Source of the DNA: Yuukianura sp. NJ FZ-2021
Taxonomy: Eukaryota
DNA: 64,000 nucleotides
Direction of reading: 5' to 3'
Assembly (NCBI GenBank): GCA_046563655.1
Contig: CM102286.1
Span: 14,694,001 to 14,758,000, forward strand
Shown here: in pieces, positions 11,990 through 25,121 of the stretch
Position numbering within the stretch: position 1 is the stretch's first letter
Layout of the letters: the number at the start of each line of letters is the position of its first letter
Notes under the pieces: model-generated
Seen by the model: only the letters and a program-made list of their open reading frames with translations
What the model was told of the DNA's origin: nothing
The model's database searches: none
Program-made: the position numbers and the translations under genes

Positions 11990-14650
11990 TACCCTTTCAA
12001 AGCCCCGCGATTTTTCAAAATTTGAAAAATCCCGGTTTAGTTTAAAATTTAAATCAAAAGCGGACTTACTTCAAAGTAAAAGTATTTACAGCCTCATCAA
12101 CTGTTCTGCCGTGGGCGTTTCTGGAAGCAAACCAGGATCACAAGAAATTCAATTTTGAAATTTTCTAATTAACTTTTTCTGAAAACCTTTTACTTTTTGA
12201 AGTTTTTTTGAAAATGTTAACCCATCAAGGTAACTTTAGCCCATCAACGTAGGGGAGGGGATGAAGTATGGATTTGACCTTTGAAGATTCTTTTCCAAGA
12301 TGTTTCTTCCAGAAACTGTCCATTACGGACATAAACTCCGCTGTTCCTCTCCATGTTCTTCTTAATCAAGATCCCACTGCGTCTTACACGGTTTTTAAAA
12401 AAAATGTTTTTTTAGAAAAGCTCTTCTGCAGCAGGGAGGCTTAGAACAGATTCCAATCAGACAACAAAGGATCACAACTTGGACGTGAACAGAATTTCCA
12501 AAAAGTAGTTTTCAAAAAGAGTCTCAGGTTTTCAGGATCTCTTAAAAGTTGAAACTCTTTGGAGATTTGTTCAAAAGTCAAAAGAAGAATCTGAGAAGAT
12601 GAAACTTATTATACGAAAAGTTTAAAAAAAAAAGTTTTGGGGTTGTCAAAATCTTGACTTTTGACATCCCTTAAGACTCGCCCTTTTCTGGAAGGTTTTG
12701 ACAGGCCAAGAAATTTTTTGTTTAAATTAACATTTTTTAAAATTTAAAAAAAAAGTCGGTTTTTTAGAACTCAAAAAACAGTTTTTACATAATTTTCTTT
12801 CGACGGTAGCAGTTTACAACAAATGTGAAGCTAAAAATTAAATGTGGACACAAGTTTCACTTTTCAGAAATTAATTGACCTTTCACCCCTTTCACTTTAC
12901 TTTTTTTTTTCAAAAGTGAAACTCATGTTTTTGATTCAATTTTTGAGAGAAGCGAGATTGGTTTTAGTGGACGCTTGGCACAAAGTGAACTTTAGTCTTT
13001 TTTCGTTTTTCTCGAAATTTCGCTTTCACTTTTTCCAAAATGAAAATTCCCGGCGGACTTTCTCTTTTTCGGAGAAAACGGAGTGACAGGAAGACGGGGA
13101 CCGTAATTTCCTTGATTGAAATAACATCAAAGTGCACTTTCTCCTTCATTTCAAATTGAGCTCCATTTCGAAACTTTTCAAAAAAAAAGTTTTCCCGCCA
13201 TGTGACTCATGCTTTATCTGTCTCAATTCGCCCCACTACAGCCATTAACACAAGCTGTGCCACCACATAAAACCTAAATTTATGTTTTTGTCATTACAGT
13301 TTAAAAATTTGACAGGCTCTAGCACTCTCATAACCATTACATTTAAAGGATTTTGAAAATCCGCAGGAAGATTCAAATCTTAAAATGTTAAACTGATGTT
13401 TTCAAAACTTAAAATCTTAAACATTTTCAAAAAAGTTTTCTTAATCCTCCATTTTAGAAAATGGTTTCCCATTTGTTATAATACCCGCATGCTAGAACTC
13501 GATACACTCCAGGAACACAAAAAAGATTGTTATCAAAATAGCCGCGTAAATCAAAAGTGCTTAACTTTTTTTTAAAAACTAAAAGTTTCAAAAATAACCG
13601 CCTCTTTTTCCTTCTCGCGCCTTGCTTTACATCCTGTCCAACCTTAAAACCGGTGAGCACGTAAAACTAATTGCTTCCAAAAGCACTTTTTTTATCTTCC
13701 TCTCAATCCTGCTTTCTCAATTCAAAAACCCAGTTTTTCTTCTTTTTGAAATTGTAATTGCCGCCTAACATGAACATCCAAGTCGTTTTTGAAAAAAAGA
13801 CTTTTAAAAACTCCCGGGCAGTTAATTTTTACGACCTCGTTCACCTCTTCCCTCCTTTTTTCCAGAGGTCAATCATCAATAATCACAACTTTTCAAAATT
13901 TCAAAATTAAAACGTTCCCGCTCCCAGGTTTTTCAAATTTTCCCTCACCTGTCACCTAATTTGAAATTTTGAACTTCCTTTTCATAATTTCAGTTTTTGA
14001 AATTGGAAAAATGGCGGTATGTTTGCGTGTAGAGTTAATGGGTTTTTTGGGAAGCGGAAAGAAATGGACGTTTTGATTGGCAGAAAACGTAGTTTGCGTG
14101 ACCGCGCCTTTTATTCAAATTTTGAATAAAATGGAAGCGTGTTGTTCCTATTTTCGTAATGAAACGAACAACTTCCATCATGAAAATGAAATTTTCTAAG
14201 TTTTTTTTTCTTTTGTTGATCAAAACGATAAGTTTGGGCCAATTACATTCAAAGTACACACAAAAGTGTATTTGGTTCTTTACACGAATGTAATTTCTTG
14301 TCTCGGAAAACTTTTTGTTTATTATCTGCCATCAATCAAGGAGCACGCGAGCCTCATTTTGAGCAAAATTAAACTACGGCGGGCTAATTTAAACTCAAAA
14401 GTGACTTAAAATGGACTCTAGCTCTCCACTTATCTCAAAACTTCGACATTTTCAAAAAATTTCTAAAAAGTTTAAAAAAAAGTCCAAAATGGTGGACTCG
14501 GACATGATTGGTTAAACAGAAACTTGCGTGTGAAAACTTCACTGCCCTTTTCTTCATTTTTCCTTCAAATTTCTGCCTCCGAGGAGAGTTTTTTTTTTCG
14601 AAAAACAAAACAAAAGTAGTTTGAAATTTTTTTTTTGTCAAAAACGGATG

Positions 14651-16128
14651 TTAGTGATCACAAATTAAATTTATTCGTTCTGCAAATTTTCTAACTTCAC
14701 ATGGAGATTCTGCACAACTCTGAACGTTTTTCGTTTCCGGATCGCAGGGAGCGTCAATTTTTCGGTTTTTTCTCCGACCCGATGAAACCGTACCGTTCCG
14801 CCTCCAGATTTCGTGTTGAATTTCATCGTAGAGGACAAGCATAATGGCCCCACCGGTCCCACGAACAACATTTGTGAACCCACCATGGTAGAACCCACGA
14901 ACGCCCTTCTCAGCGTAGATTTTCCTCCAGCAGTCAATGGATCCCTAACACAAAAAATTTTCCTGGTTCAAAACTTCTTATTGTTGAATTTTCGGAAATT
15001 TCAAAATTTCAAATTTAGAAATTTTGAAAAATTTCATCTTACAGCAAATTTTTTTTCTGGAGCAGTTTTTCCTGATTGCATCATCATTGATCTTCGGACG
15101 GTGTCAAACGGATAGGCCAGAAATCCAGAAAAAGTTGCTGAAAACTCTGCCGCTAGAAACGCAATGACAAGTTTGTGATGCATGTTGCCTGGAGTTGCGT
15201 CTTTTGCAGCATCAAACAAACCAAAGTAGGCAGAACTGAAGAATTTTTGAAAAAAGTTAAAAATTTTGAAATTTTGAGTTTGTTTGAAATTTTAACCGTG
15301 AATTCTGAAATTTTACCGGTATATGAAAACACCAATGAGAGAAAACCAGAAACCACGGTAGAGTCCGGTGAGTCCGTCTTTTCGGTACGTATCGCGGATT
15401 ACACTTTGAATATTTCTAATTTCCCGGGTTTTCTTGGACTGTCCAAAGTCCATGGCCATTCGAGTTCTAGCGTAGTCTAGTGGATACAGAATGGCCATGG
15501 AAGTGGATCCAGCGATCCCACCGGACAACAAGTTCCCACCGAACCGTCTCCAGTACTGCTCCTTTTTGCTGTAGCCTCTTACAAAGTAGTCTCTGTATCT
15601 AACAACACAAAATTTTAGGCCAATTTGTTCAAAATTTTAAAATTTTTTGACTAAAAGCTACTTTACTTGTCTCGGAAGGCAAAATTGAGAGCTTGGTAAG
15701 GAAAACCGCGGTAGACGGACGCTAGATTTCCACGCCACAACGACAAAATTCCTTGTTCTCTCGGTATCCTCACCAACGCATCCACCAATCCTGAAATTTC
15801 GAATTGTTAGCATGATTTCTGATCAGTTTAAAAAAATTTCGAAAAATGTTTAAATTTTGAAAAATGTACCGTTGTAAGGAACAGTTCCAGGTTTGGCATG
15901 AACGGAGTTCTGGATCTGCAGAATCAACTTAATTCGTTCAATAGGGGCCATGACAGTGACAGCCACTGATGCTGCAACTCCTCCGGTGATCATGTTTCGC
16001 AAGAAAATTGTCGTCGGGTGCACTGGAATGTCGCCAGCATCACACGGATTCACAAACTGTCGAACAATCGCTGAAATTTTTTGTGCAGAATTTGGCAAAT
16101 TCGATGGTCGCTCAACGTCACCGCCCAT
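14651..16128 (-). CDS. Divergent ADP/ATP translocase (ANT, SLC25 family), ~383 aa; exons 15870-16128, 15667-15790, 15317-15598, 15043-15235, 14651-14944
   Basis: Motifs [78 protein letters not shown]. Confidence 0.92.
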
Positions 16129-16536
16129 TCCAAGTCCAACATCAAAAAATACTTGGAAGAGAAATTTTACTTTGGAATCGATATTCGGACAACCCTCTCG
16201 CTCAATTCCAAGTTTACTTTTTAAAATTCAACAACATTATGAATTCCAAATGCAAATGGTTCAAAGCAACTCAGCATTTGAAATGTGAGCGTTGTCATGG
16301 TAACTGACAGACTACTATACCCAGGCCAAAACGCCATGAACTAATTAAGATGGTCGATGTATCGGCTAAGTGGTAATAATATTTCGTTGTTTACACTGGA
16401 AGTAGGTTTTTGTTACGCAGTTGGACAGTATGAAGGTTAACAATTCGCGTCAAATATAAAATGGCAGTATTTGGTTAAAATTTTTAGTAAACCCTAAAAG
16501 CACTAACTAAACTCTTACTCCTAATTAACGGTGGGT

Positions 16537-17777
16537 TTAAATGTAAGAGCTCCAAGGCAGTGTGTTGTGAAAAAGAGCAGGATTTGTCATTGTGTCTAGC
16601 AACAACATCCATAACGTTAGTCCAACGACAAGCGCTGAAATACTGATTGCTTTATACTTTTTCTGCATTTGAAGAATACTTCCGAAGTCTGGGAATCCCA
16701 TACTGTTACAAAAGGAATGGACCAACACTGGAGCCACGATGTGTCCTAAGGTAAAACGATTGTAAAACGATTTCCAATTTATGTTAGAGACAGATTATGT
16801 ATAGATTGTGTAAACTGTTGTATAACTCACCAGTTCTTAGAAAAAGATAAGCCGAATATGCTCCGAAGATTGTCGTATAGCAGAACTGAAACCCTGGAAC
16901 GAAAAGTTCGAAAAGTTAATTGCTTGCTCAAATAATTAGTTAATCGCAGCTAATTACCAGAAATCAAGAGCGCAGTCTTCCAGTCGACTCCAAACCTAAT
17001 CTGTTCTAACATGTGATGAATATGAGCAGCCCCAAAGAATACTGGACACAAAAGCACTGCCTTGATTGGTTCTGTACAGTCAATGATCAGAGTGAGCATG
17101 CAAGCTCGGAAGACGATCTCCTCAGTTAGCGGAGCCACAATGTAATTTCGTATCCACAAAAACGTTGCCATCCTAGACAGTATTTCGTTTTTATCTGGAA
17201 AAGTTCAATTAATTGATAACTCAAGCCACTTAAAACTTGCAGCCAATCAACTTACCATCATAGATAATTGCAGTTTTGTTTATAACGTCAATCACGATTG
17301 AACCAAAGAATAAAACGAAAGTTAGAATCAGTGGGTAGACTGTTGCACTCAGGAATCCATTCGTTCTGAAACCCAGTACAGCCCATACTGAATGATCCTG
17401 TTTAAGATTCACGGAGAAATTAAATGAGCATTTCCAAAATTTAACCAATTTACGTTTGTATATTTTAGCCTTTTAGCAAAACGGAACTATACTTGCGTAA
17501 GAGATGCGTCCACAAACCGGTACACGCAGAGTATCGACACGACTGTGGCAATCAGAACACTGATGAATCTTCGGCCTATCACAGAAGGATGTGTACTAAA
17601 AAAATCAAATATATTTATATTGGTTAATCTGGAATTAATTTCAATTAACTAAATTAATTAAAATCCTTACTTCCTTTCCCTGGACGGTTTCCAAAGGTAA
17701 ATACTTCCGACATACACCACTGCAAGCAGAGCGCATAAGCTGTACCCTCCAGCACACGTTTTACTTTCTTCATACAT
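16537..17777 (-). CDS. RCE1: CAAX prenyl protease 2 (multi-exon)
   Basis: [61 protein letters not shown]. Confidence 0.95.
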
Positions 17778-17916
17778 TTTTATATTATATTAATTAATTG
17801 TATTTAAAACTAACTAATAAATTCTATTATTTATTTCCAAAAATATGCAAATTCTGTCAACAAAAGCAAGACACATGTTCTTCTTCACCCAAATCGTAAT
17901 TGGGCAACACAATCCA

Positions 17917-18172
17917 CTTTTTGCGAAAGCGAAAAGCTACAAAGTTAGAATATGTGATGGTGGTGCTTTAGAAAAACAATTTTGGAATTTTTGAATTTTG
18001 AAAATGCATTTTAGGGAATTATTCAGCCTAATCGTGGCTTTTTGCGAAAGTAAAAAGCTACAAGATTAGAATATGTGATGGTGCTTTAGAAAAACAATAT
18101 TTTGGAATTTTTTAAATTTCTCTGAAAATGAATTTTAGGGAATTATTCAGCCTAATCGTGACTTTTTGCGAA
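17917..18172. repeat. Local tandem duplication, two copies of ~125 bp between RCE1 and DDX46
   Basis: tttttgcgaaag...gaatatgtgatggt...gaattattcagcctaatcgtg occurs twice. Confidence 0.85.
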
Positions 18173-18304
18173 ACACGAGATCAAAAGTTAACGATGACAA
18201 AGCGAACCGTAATAATGTTTTTTTTTTATTAGTTATAATTAAAATGTTGTTAAAATCTACATTGATACACTGATAAAATAGTACGACACTGATGCGTTTC
18301 CTCC

Positions 18305-21300
18305 TCAGAGTACTTTATATCTTCCTTTGCTTCCAACAAAGTGATTTGAGGATGCTTGTATCCTCAGCATCTCTTCCTTGAGGATCCTCACGATTTCATT
18401 CTTGGCCTTGCTCACTGCCAGTTCCGACATGGACTCAATGGCCAAGTACAACTTCCGCTCTCCTTCTGCCGGAGTCGCAGTTTTCTTGTCACTTGGAGGA
18501 ATGTACGTCCCCCGAACGGTAATTCCAGCTTCAGAGTAGTCACCGATCTGAGCCAAGGTTTCCTTTGAGGTGATTCTCCAGCGAGCTTGTTGTGGGAAGT
18601 CGTTGATTTCCAGTTCCTCTTCATACTTGGTCTGCACAGTAGGATTTGTAGAATCAATCGAGAAGGGAGTTCCATCCTGAAAATTAAAAACGAAAAAAAA
18701 AGTTAAAACGTCATCCAACTCCGAAAAACTAATCAAATCTTACCGGATTCGGTGAACCATCCTCCGACGGCTGGTAATTCAATTTCATGTTCAATTTGTT
18801 AGCCAATTGTTCAGCAACGTTCTTAGCCTGAAAAACCAAAGCAAAACATAAAACAGTCTTACTTACATAATTACATTAAATCAATGTTACATCATTTCCG
18901 TTTTCATGATTGACTTACCGAAACTCTTGGTTGACCCGAGAACAAACTGCCCTTCAAAACAGCTTCTGTCGCCGCCTGAACCTTGTTCGTATCCGTCCCG
19001 ATGTTCTTCTCCAACTGAATCTTTGAAGCCAATTTCTTAGCCAATTCCAACTTATCAACCGACGGAGCACCAACTTGTGCTCCAGCTGGTAACGGAATCG
19101 CTGCAGCCACTTCCTTCACTGTGCGTTTCGGAGCCAACATCGTCTCGATTTGTTGCTCTACATCACCTTCCAGATCCTCATCATCCGAATCTTCTAGACC
19201 TGGATACACAAAACAGCTGATCTTAGATCTTAATCTTCGCAAGTATTTTAGAACTGTGAAGTCTTTTGGCATCTTACCCAACACATGCTTCTGGAACTTC
19301 TTTTTCTCAGACGCCATTTGAGACTCGGCTTCATCAAACTTGTATCCCTTCGTTCCAGAAAATCCTCCACCACTTTTGATTTTCTTCCCCTCTGCTTCCT
19401 GCGCCTCTTTATAGCTTGTCCAAAGTTGTGACAGTTCTGGAGGAACCTCTGCTCCAGAAAGTTCCAGCGCCCGGATAATTTCTCCAGCATATTTAGCATT
19501 GTCCGATATAACAAATGTATATGCATGTCCCTTATTTCCAGCTCTGAAATCAACAAAATTAAGTAAATCGATTACTAAAAAGTTCAGAATCTGAGAAAAC
19601 AGCTCATGAGCGAGTTCAGCAACTCATCAGCTGTTTTCACCTCGACAACATTTGGATTCACCTTAACGTTAATTAAGTTAATCGATTACTCAAAAACGTT
19701 CAGAATCTTAGAAAACAGCGATATCTGTTGAATTCAACTTACCTTCCGGTTCTGCCACAGCGATGAACGTAGTCTTCGTAGTGATTTGGACAGTCGTAGT
19801 TGACTACCAAAATCAGCTGTTTCACATCCAGACCTCTCGCAGCCACACTCGTCGCTATTAGCAACTTGCATCTTCCTGATTTGAAATCTGTGATGGTAGA
19901 GTCTCTGTCATACTGATCAATTCCACCGTGGAGGGATAGACAAGGATATCCAGATTTCAGCAAATCCTTGAGAAGAGTATCAGCATTTTCTTGTTTCTCC
20001 ACAAACACTATGACACTTCCTTGCTCCTGGTAGTTTCCCAGTAGTTCAAGGAGTTTCAAGTATTTCTGTTCTTCATCTAACACGACAATGTGCTGCTCAA
20101 CTTCTTTACACACAACTGACCTCCCACCAACTTGCACTTCAATCGGTTTCTGTAGAATTCGTCTCGCTAGGGCTTCCATTTGTCTTGGAAAAGTAGCAGA
20201 GAACATGACTGTTTGTCGATCTGGTCGAACGTTGTCTATGATCCGCATCACTTGGGGCTCAAATCCCATGTCAAACATACGATCAGCCTCATCCAGAACA
20301 ATGTACGTCACTCGTCGTAAGTTTGTCACTCGTCCAGAATTTGCTACAAGAGACAACATTTAGTAAACTTCAGCATAAGTTAAACAAAAAGTACAAAAAA
20401 AAAGTATCGTGGACTTACCGTTTATCATGTCAATCATTCGTCCGGGAGTGCAAACGATAATTTCGGCTCCTCGCTGAAACCAGAAACAAAAACTTCATGA
20501 AATCAAAAAAGTCACAAAATTTCAATGTCGTCTTGTTAGTTACCTTCAACTCCGCAATTTGTTCCGAGATACCCGTTCCACCGTAGACACAAACGACTCG
20601 CAGACCCAAAGATTTACAAAACTTCTTGGCATCTTTTCCAATCTGAATACAAAGTTCACGTGTTGGAGCCATCAGAATCGCTGAGGAGAGGAAAATCGTG
20701 TTATGAGAATTTCATCTCGAAATGATCAGCTGATTGATAAAAGAAATTATAGTTATGGATTGTAAAAATTACCAATCGGTCCATCCGTTTCTTCCAGTGC
20801 AGGTTGATCCAGAATATGGCGAAACATTGGCAAGAGGAAAGCCAGCGTCTTTCCTGATCCAGTTTTGGCAATGCCAATGAGGTCCCTGCCAGACATAATG
20901 GCTGGAATACCCTGGGCTTGAATTGGAGTTGGTTTCTCAAAACCTAATTTTTTCAGGACGTCCATTTCCTTTCGAGAGAGTCCAGCATGAGCCCACTTCA
21001 TGATTGGCTTTGGACAGTTCTTGCCTTTGATTCGAATTCCTTCCAGCTCGCAGCGATAAGCATCTACTTCTGCTGGGCTCAGACGAGCCAATTCGGGAAC
21101 TTCCATGTAAAATGACTCTGAAAAGAAAAAATAAAAGTTAAAAGTAATATAGATGTATAGATAATGCCTTAAAGTAGAGAAATGATAATGATATAAACTA
21201 ACTTACTTCGGAACGGTTCGTACTCGATCTTGGCATGATCGATTTTGACCTCCTTTTTGCCTGGTTTGTTGACATTCATATTGGAAACAGTGTCGAAGTC

Positions 21301-22456
21301 GTCCTTCTCTTCTTCTGAAGAGTACTGAAAATAAAAATTATTGTGACTTAACATTTTTTGATTCAAATTTTGAATTTTGAGGGGAAAAATAAGCATAATG
21401 CGAACATTACCTCAAGACCATCGACATTTTGTTCTATGAGTTCTCCCTTGTTTTTCTTTTCTGGCCGTTTGGCTACTCCGGTGGTTAAAATGACGACATT
21501 GTCCTTTCCATCCTTACTAGCAGCCTTGGAGGAAGCTTTGGTCGTGCCTGGGATACCTAACGAAAAGTTAACGTTTGAAAAGTTAACAATTTCGTTAGGA
21601 GTTAAATTAAAAATCTTACTGGACACTTCATTACGAACTTCCACTTCAGCCTGAACTCCTCGCATGAAGGCATCTAAACAGACAAAAAGCTAGACTTTTG
21701 AGAACGTTTTTGACATAAAATATTGGATGATAAATGCTGACGTTGATTTTGACTTACCCAAAGGATCTTCCTCGTCCTCCTCGCCAGCATTTCCCTGAAG
21801 AGTTTCAGACACTGTACTCATCTTCTTAGCTGAAGAGGCTGTCTTTTCAATGGAAAGTTTACCTGTAATCGGGTTCTTCTTCAACTCTATTCCCGAGGAT
21901 CCAGTTCCCCCATCGTCTTCCCTGTTAAAAATTATACATAGTGATTACTTCTATCTTAAAGTATTTGAATCTTGTGAACAACGTCAGTGTTAACTTACTC
22001 ATCATCATCTGCATCCAGTGTCCAAGCCTTTCTTCCTGCCACTAAGTTTGACAGCATTTCTTTCTTGTTGATCACTTCCCTCTTTAAATCCGTTTCTCTT
22101 CTTTCCGCTCTCCATCTGTGAACAACAAAACGATAGTTAAGATTGAACATTAAGTTAATTAGTTTCTTAACTATGCTAACGGATGATGACCGTTACCTCT
22201 CTATCCTCTCTCGTCTCTTATTCATTTCCGCTTCCAGCCGTTGTTGTGCGGATTCCTTGTCAAACTTGTTATCGAATATCCCTTCAGAAATGTCATACTT
22301 ATCCTTGCTCTTATCCTCTTCTCGTCTAGCCTTCTTCCGAGTTGATTCTTCTTCTCTCTCGTTTGACCTCGAACGATCTCTGCGACGACGATCTCGGTCT
22401 GTTTCTCTTGGTGAACGTGACCTCGACCTGTCACGTCTTCGTCTGTCCTTTCCCAT
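18305..22456 (-). CDS. DDX46: DEAD-box RNA helicase DDX46/Prp5 (multi-exon)
   Basis: RS-rich N-terminus, [32 protein letters not shown]-terminal [14 protein letters not shown]...GRYKVL. Confidence 0.97.
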
Positions 22457-22708
22457 ACTCTTAATCTAACTGTCCCCAGTCAATACTTCAGTTTAATGTG
22501 TTGAAATTAATTAATACTGCAGATTATCAAAAGAAACGCACGCTAAATATCTACAACTACATAAATCAATATCGATTACTAATTCCACAAATTAGTAAAT
22601 TCGACGTCTCAATTTTTATGTAAATTACAAAGAACAGGTTTGACAAAAACTTCCGTTTCCAAACATAAACCCTTCTAGCAGAGATGGGCATCACAAAACA
22701 AGGCTTAT

Positions 22709-23170
22709 ATTCGGCAAAACGGCCACTCGATTTTTTACGATTAAAATATCATTTTATATCAACTCTTGGGTGTAGATTCTGAATCTGAAATCCGTTTTTG
22801 GCGGTCGCACCTCCTTCTTGGTAAGATTTATTAATTAATATTCTAATTAATGATGTGAATTTTACATAAAGCATGGGAATTCGTAGTGTAACCAATGGAG
22901 ACCAAGAACTGTTGTTTGTTATACCCCCGCGCCGAAGGCGCGCGTTAGGTTTGGTTAGCATATAATAGCAACAATTTCTAATCTCCATTGGTTACATAAT
23001 TAAAAAATCTCATTCTGTATGTAAAATCCACATTACAATCTTAATTAATTAATCTTACCAAGAAGGAGGTGTGACCGCCACAAATGGATTTCAGATTCGG
23101 AATCTACACCCAAAAGTTGATATAAAACGATATTTTAACCTTAAAAAATCGAGTGGCCGTTTTGCCGAAT
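22709..23170. mobile_element. Degenerate inverted-repeat (MITE-like) element
   Basis: Imperfect inverted arms of ~190 bp (attcggcaaaacggccactcgatttttta / taaaaaatcgagtggccgttttgccgaat); central gcgccgaaggcgc hairpin; no clean TSD. Confidence 0.8.
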
Positions 23171-23716
23171 TTGTTCCCAAAACAATAAATATTAATTTAA
23201 TTATTAGTGTCACTCTAAAACTCTTAGATGTCACTACCAATCCACAAGATTAACGAAGAGGACGCCAAAATGACAATTACATAACTAAATTTTTAGCTAA
23301 CTATGAAACCTGCAAAGTTAATTTTGCAAATTGCAAATGTTTACAAAAAAAATCGCACAAGTGTTTCGTGCAGCAATTTATGCATCAGACCTTGACAAGG
23401 AACCTTCTTCGATTCACCATAAGAATCAGCAAATTGAAAAAAATGTCGAAATCCAAGAACATTTTTAAAAATTAAAACCGGAATTAAAATGGCCAAGTAC
23501 AAAATGCTTCTTTGTTAAGCAAATCAAAAAATTTGCGTCATCCCGAGGCCACTTGTATTTCAACACAAAAACTGAAAGCACCTGCTGAAAATATTAGTTT
23601 TTGTCAAAATTTTACCTCTTCGAATTTCAGTTTTAGATGTAAGAATCGTCAGCAATAGCACAACTTTTATCCAAAACCCCAAACGTTTTCTCAAAACGGA
23701 TAGACGGAAATTAAAA

Positions 23717-24844
23717 ATGTCAAATCAAAACTCAAGCTGGCACATTTTATTACTTTTAGTCGCAATTTTTGTAATTACAAGCACTGCAAGTCAATTAGTT
23801 CCAAAAGTCAAAACTAAAGTTTGTCCTCGGAGAGAAGTCAAGTTTGACTGTTACTGTTCCGAGGCCAAAAAAACTCTGGAATGTCCAGTGTCAACTCCAA
23901 AACTTCCCTGGAATATCAAAGCCACTTTTGACACCATCACCAACTCAGTTTCACACAGCAAGCACATCATTTACGACAAGTTGGAACTTTCCGGAGCTCC
24001 ATTGAGGAATCATCCAATCAGAATCCTCGAAAATACTACAAGTGAACTCAAGTTCCGTCAAATCATCATCTCCAGCTACGATCTCATTGAGTACATCCAT
24101 CCAAATGCTTTTCCAGGCACTTACAACACGACAGAACTTTTGCAAATTTCCGACCACTTGACCCCTTTTCCTCCAGACATTTTTGAACTTTTCAGAAAAT
24201 TTTCCACTTTGAAAACGCTTAGCCTCTCCAAAGTCACGATTCCAGAAATTCCTCCAGCAGCATTTGCTCCAGTGGGTGACCTTGGCCAAGATTCGGCTCT
24301 AGAAGCGATTGATTTTGTAAATGCTGGAATAGAACGGATTGGACCACAAGCATTTTCTGGAATTCCAGCACTCCAAGAACTAGATCTGCAGTACAATGCT
24401 TTAACTGCAGACGGAATTGCAGAATCAGCGTTTGACGGAATCAGTAAATCTGCTCATGTGAACCTAATGCACAACGCTGGCCTTATGTTTTTAGCAAGAG
24501 AAAAATTTGAATCTTTCCTGGACACAACTGAGGCAACGCTAAGTGTCGGAACGCTGCAGGGCTCACCAGAAAATTCCACGTTTGTGGACACGACATACTA
24601 CTTGCACTGTGATGCACGGGCAGACTGGATTTGCGTAAAATCTGAAGAATACAAATCAAAATTGTTTGGATTCCGATGTATAGAGGAACAATTTGAAGAT
24701 GTTTTTAGTTACTGCGCAGAAGTCACAGAAACAGGACCGATTTTTACGACATCCGAAGAAACTCCAACTGCGTCGTCGCCACTTCTGCGACGACCTTGTG
24801 TCATCTTCATGGTTGCTCTTCTTTCATTACAGTTTTTCAATTAA
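23717..24844 (+). CDS. Intronless leucine-rich-repeat cell-surface protein, probably GPI- or tail-anchored
   Basis: Signal peptide, N-terminal Cys cap, LRRs (LKTLSLS, LQELDLQYNAL), LHCD..ADW C-cap, Thr/Ser stalk, hydrophobic C-terminus. Confidence 0.88.
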   Translation: MSNQNSSWHILLLLVAIFVITSTASQLVPKVKTKVCPRREVKFDCYCSEAKKTLECPVSTPKLPWNIKATFDTITNSVSHSKHIIYDKLELSGAPLRNHPIRILENTTSELKFRQIIISSYDLIEYIHPNAFPGTYNTTELLQISDHLTPFPPDIFELFRKFSTLKTLSLSKVTIPEIPPAAFAPVGDLGQDSALEAIDFVNAGIERIGPQAFSGIPALQELDLQYNALTADGIAESAFDGISKSAHVNLMHNAGLMFLAREKFESFLDTTEATLSVGTLQGSPENSTFVDTTYYLHCDARADWICVKSEEYKSKLFGFRCIEEQFEDVFSYCAEVTETGPIFTTSEETPTASSPLLRRPCVIFMVALLSLQFFN

Positions 24845-25121
24845 CTTAATCGATTAAGTTAATTGAAAGTGTAATTTATTGAAATTTAATGTTAGGTTAG
24901 TTAGTTAATTTTAACTGTGATCACAGTTAAAATTAACTTTAATTAACCTAACATTAAATTAAAATAACAGTATGCCGAAAAATGAACATAACTTTATTCT
25001 AAAAATGCTTAGATTTCGTTTGACTGGCTAAAATTAACGACAATTGAATAAAATGAAATTGTTGTTTCTTAAACTTATTTAAGTTAATCAAGGATTAGAA
25101 AACTAATTAACAATTAATTAG

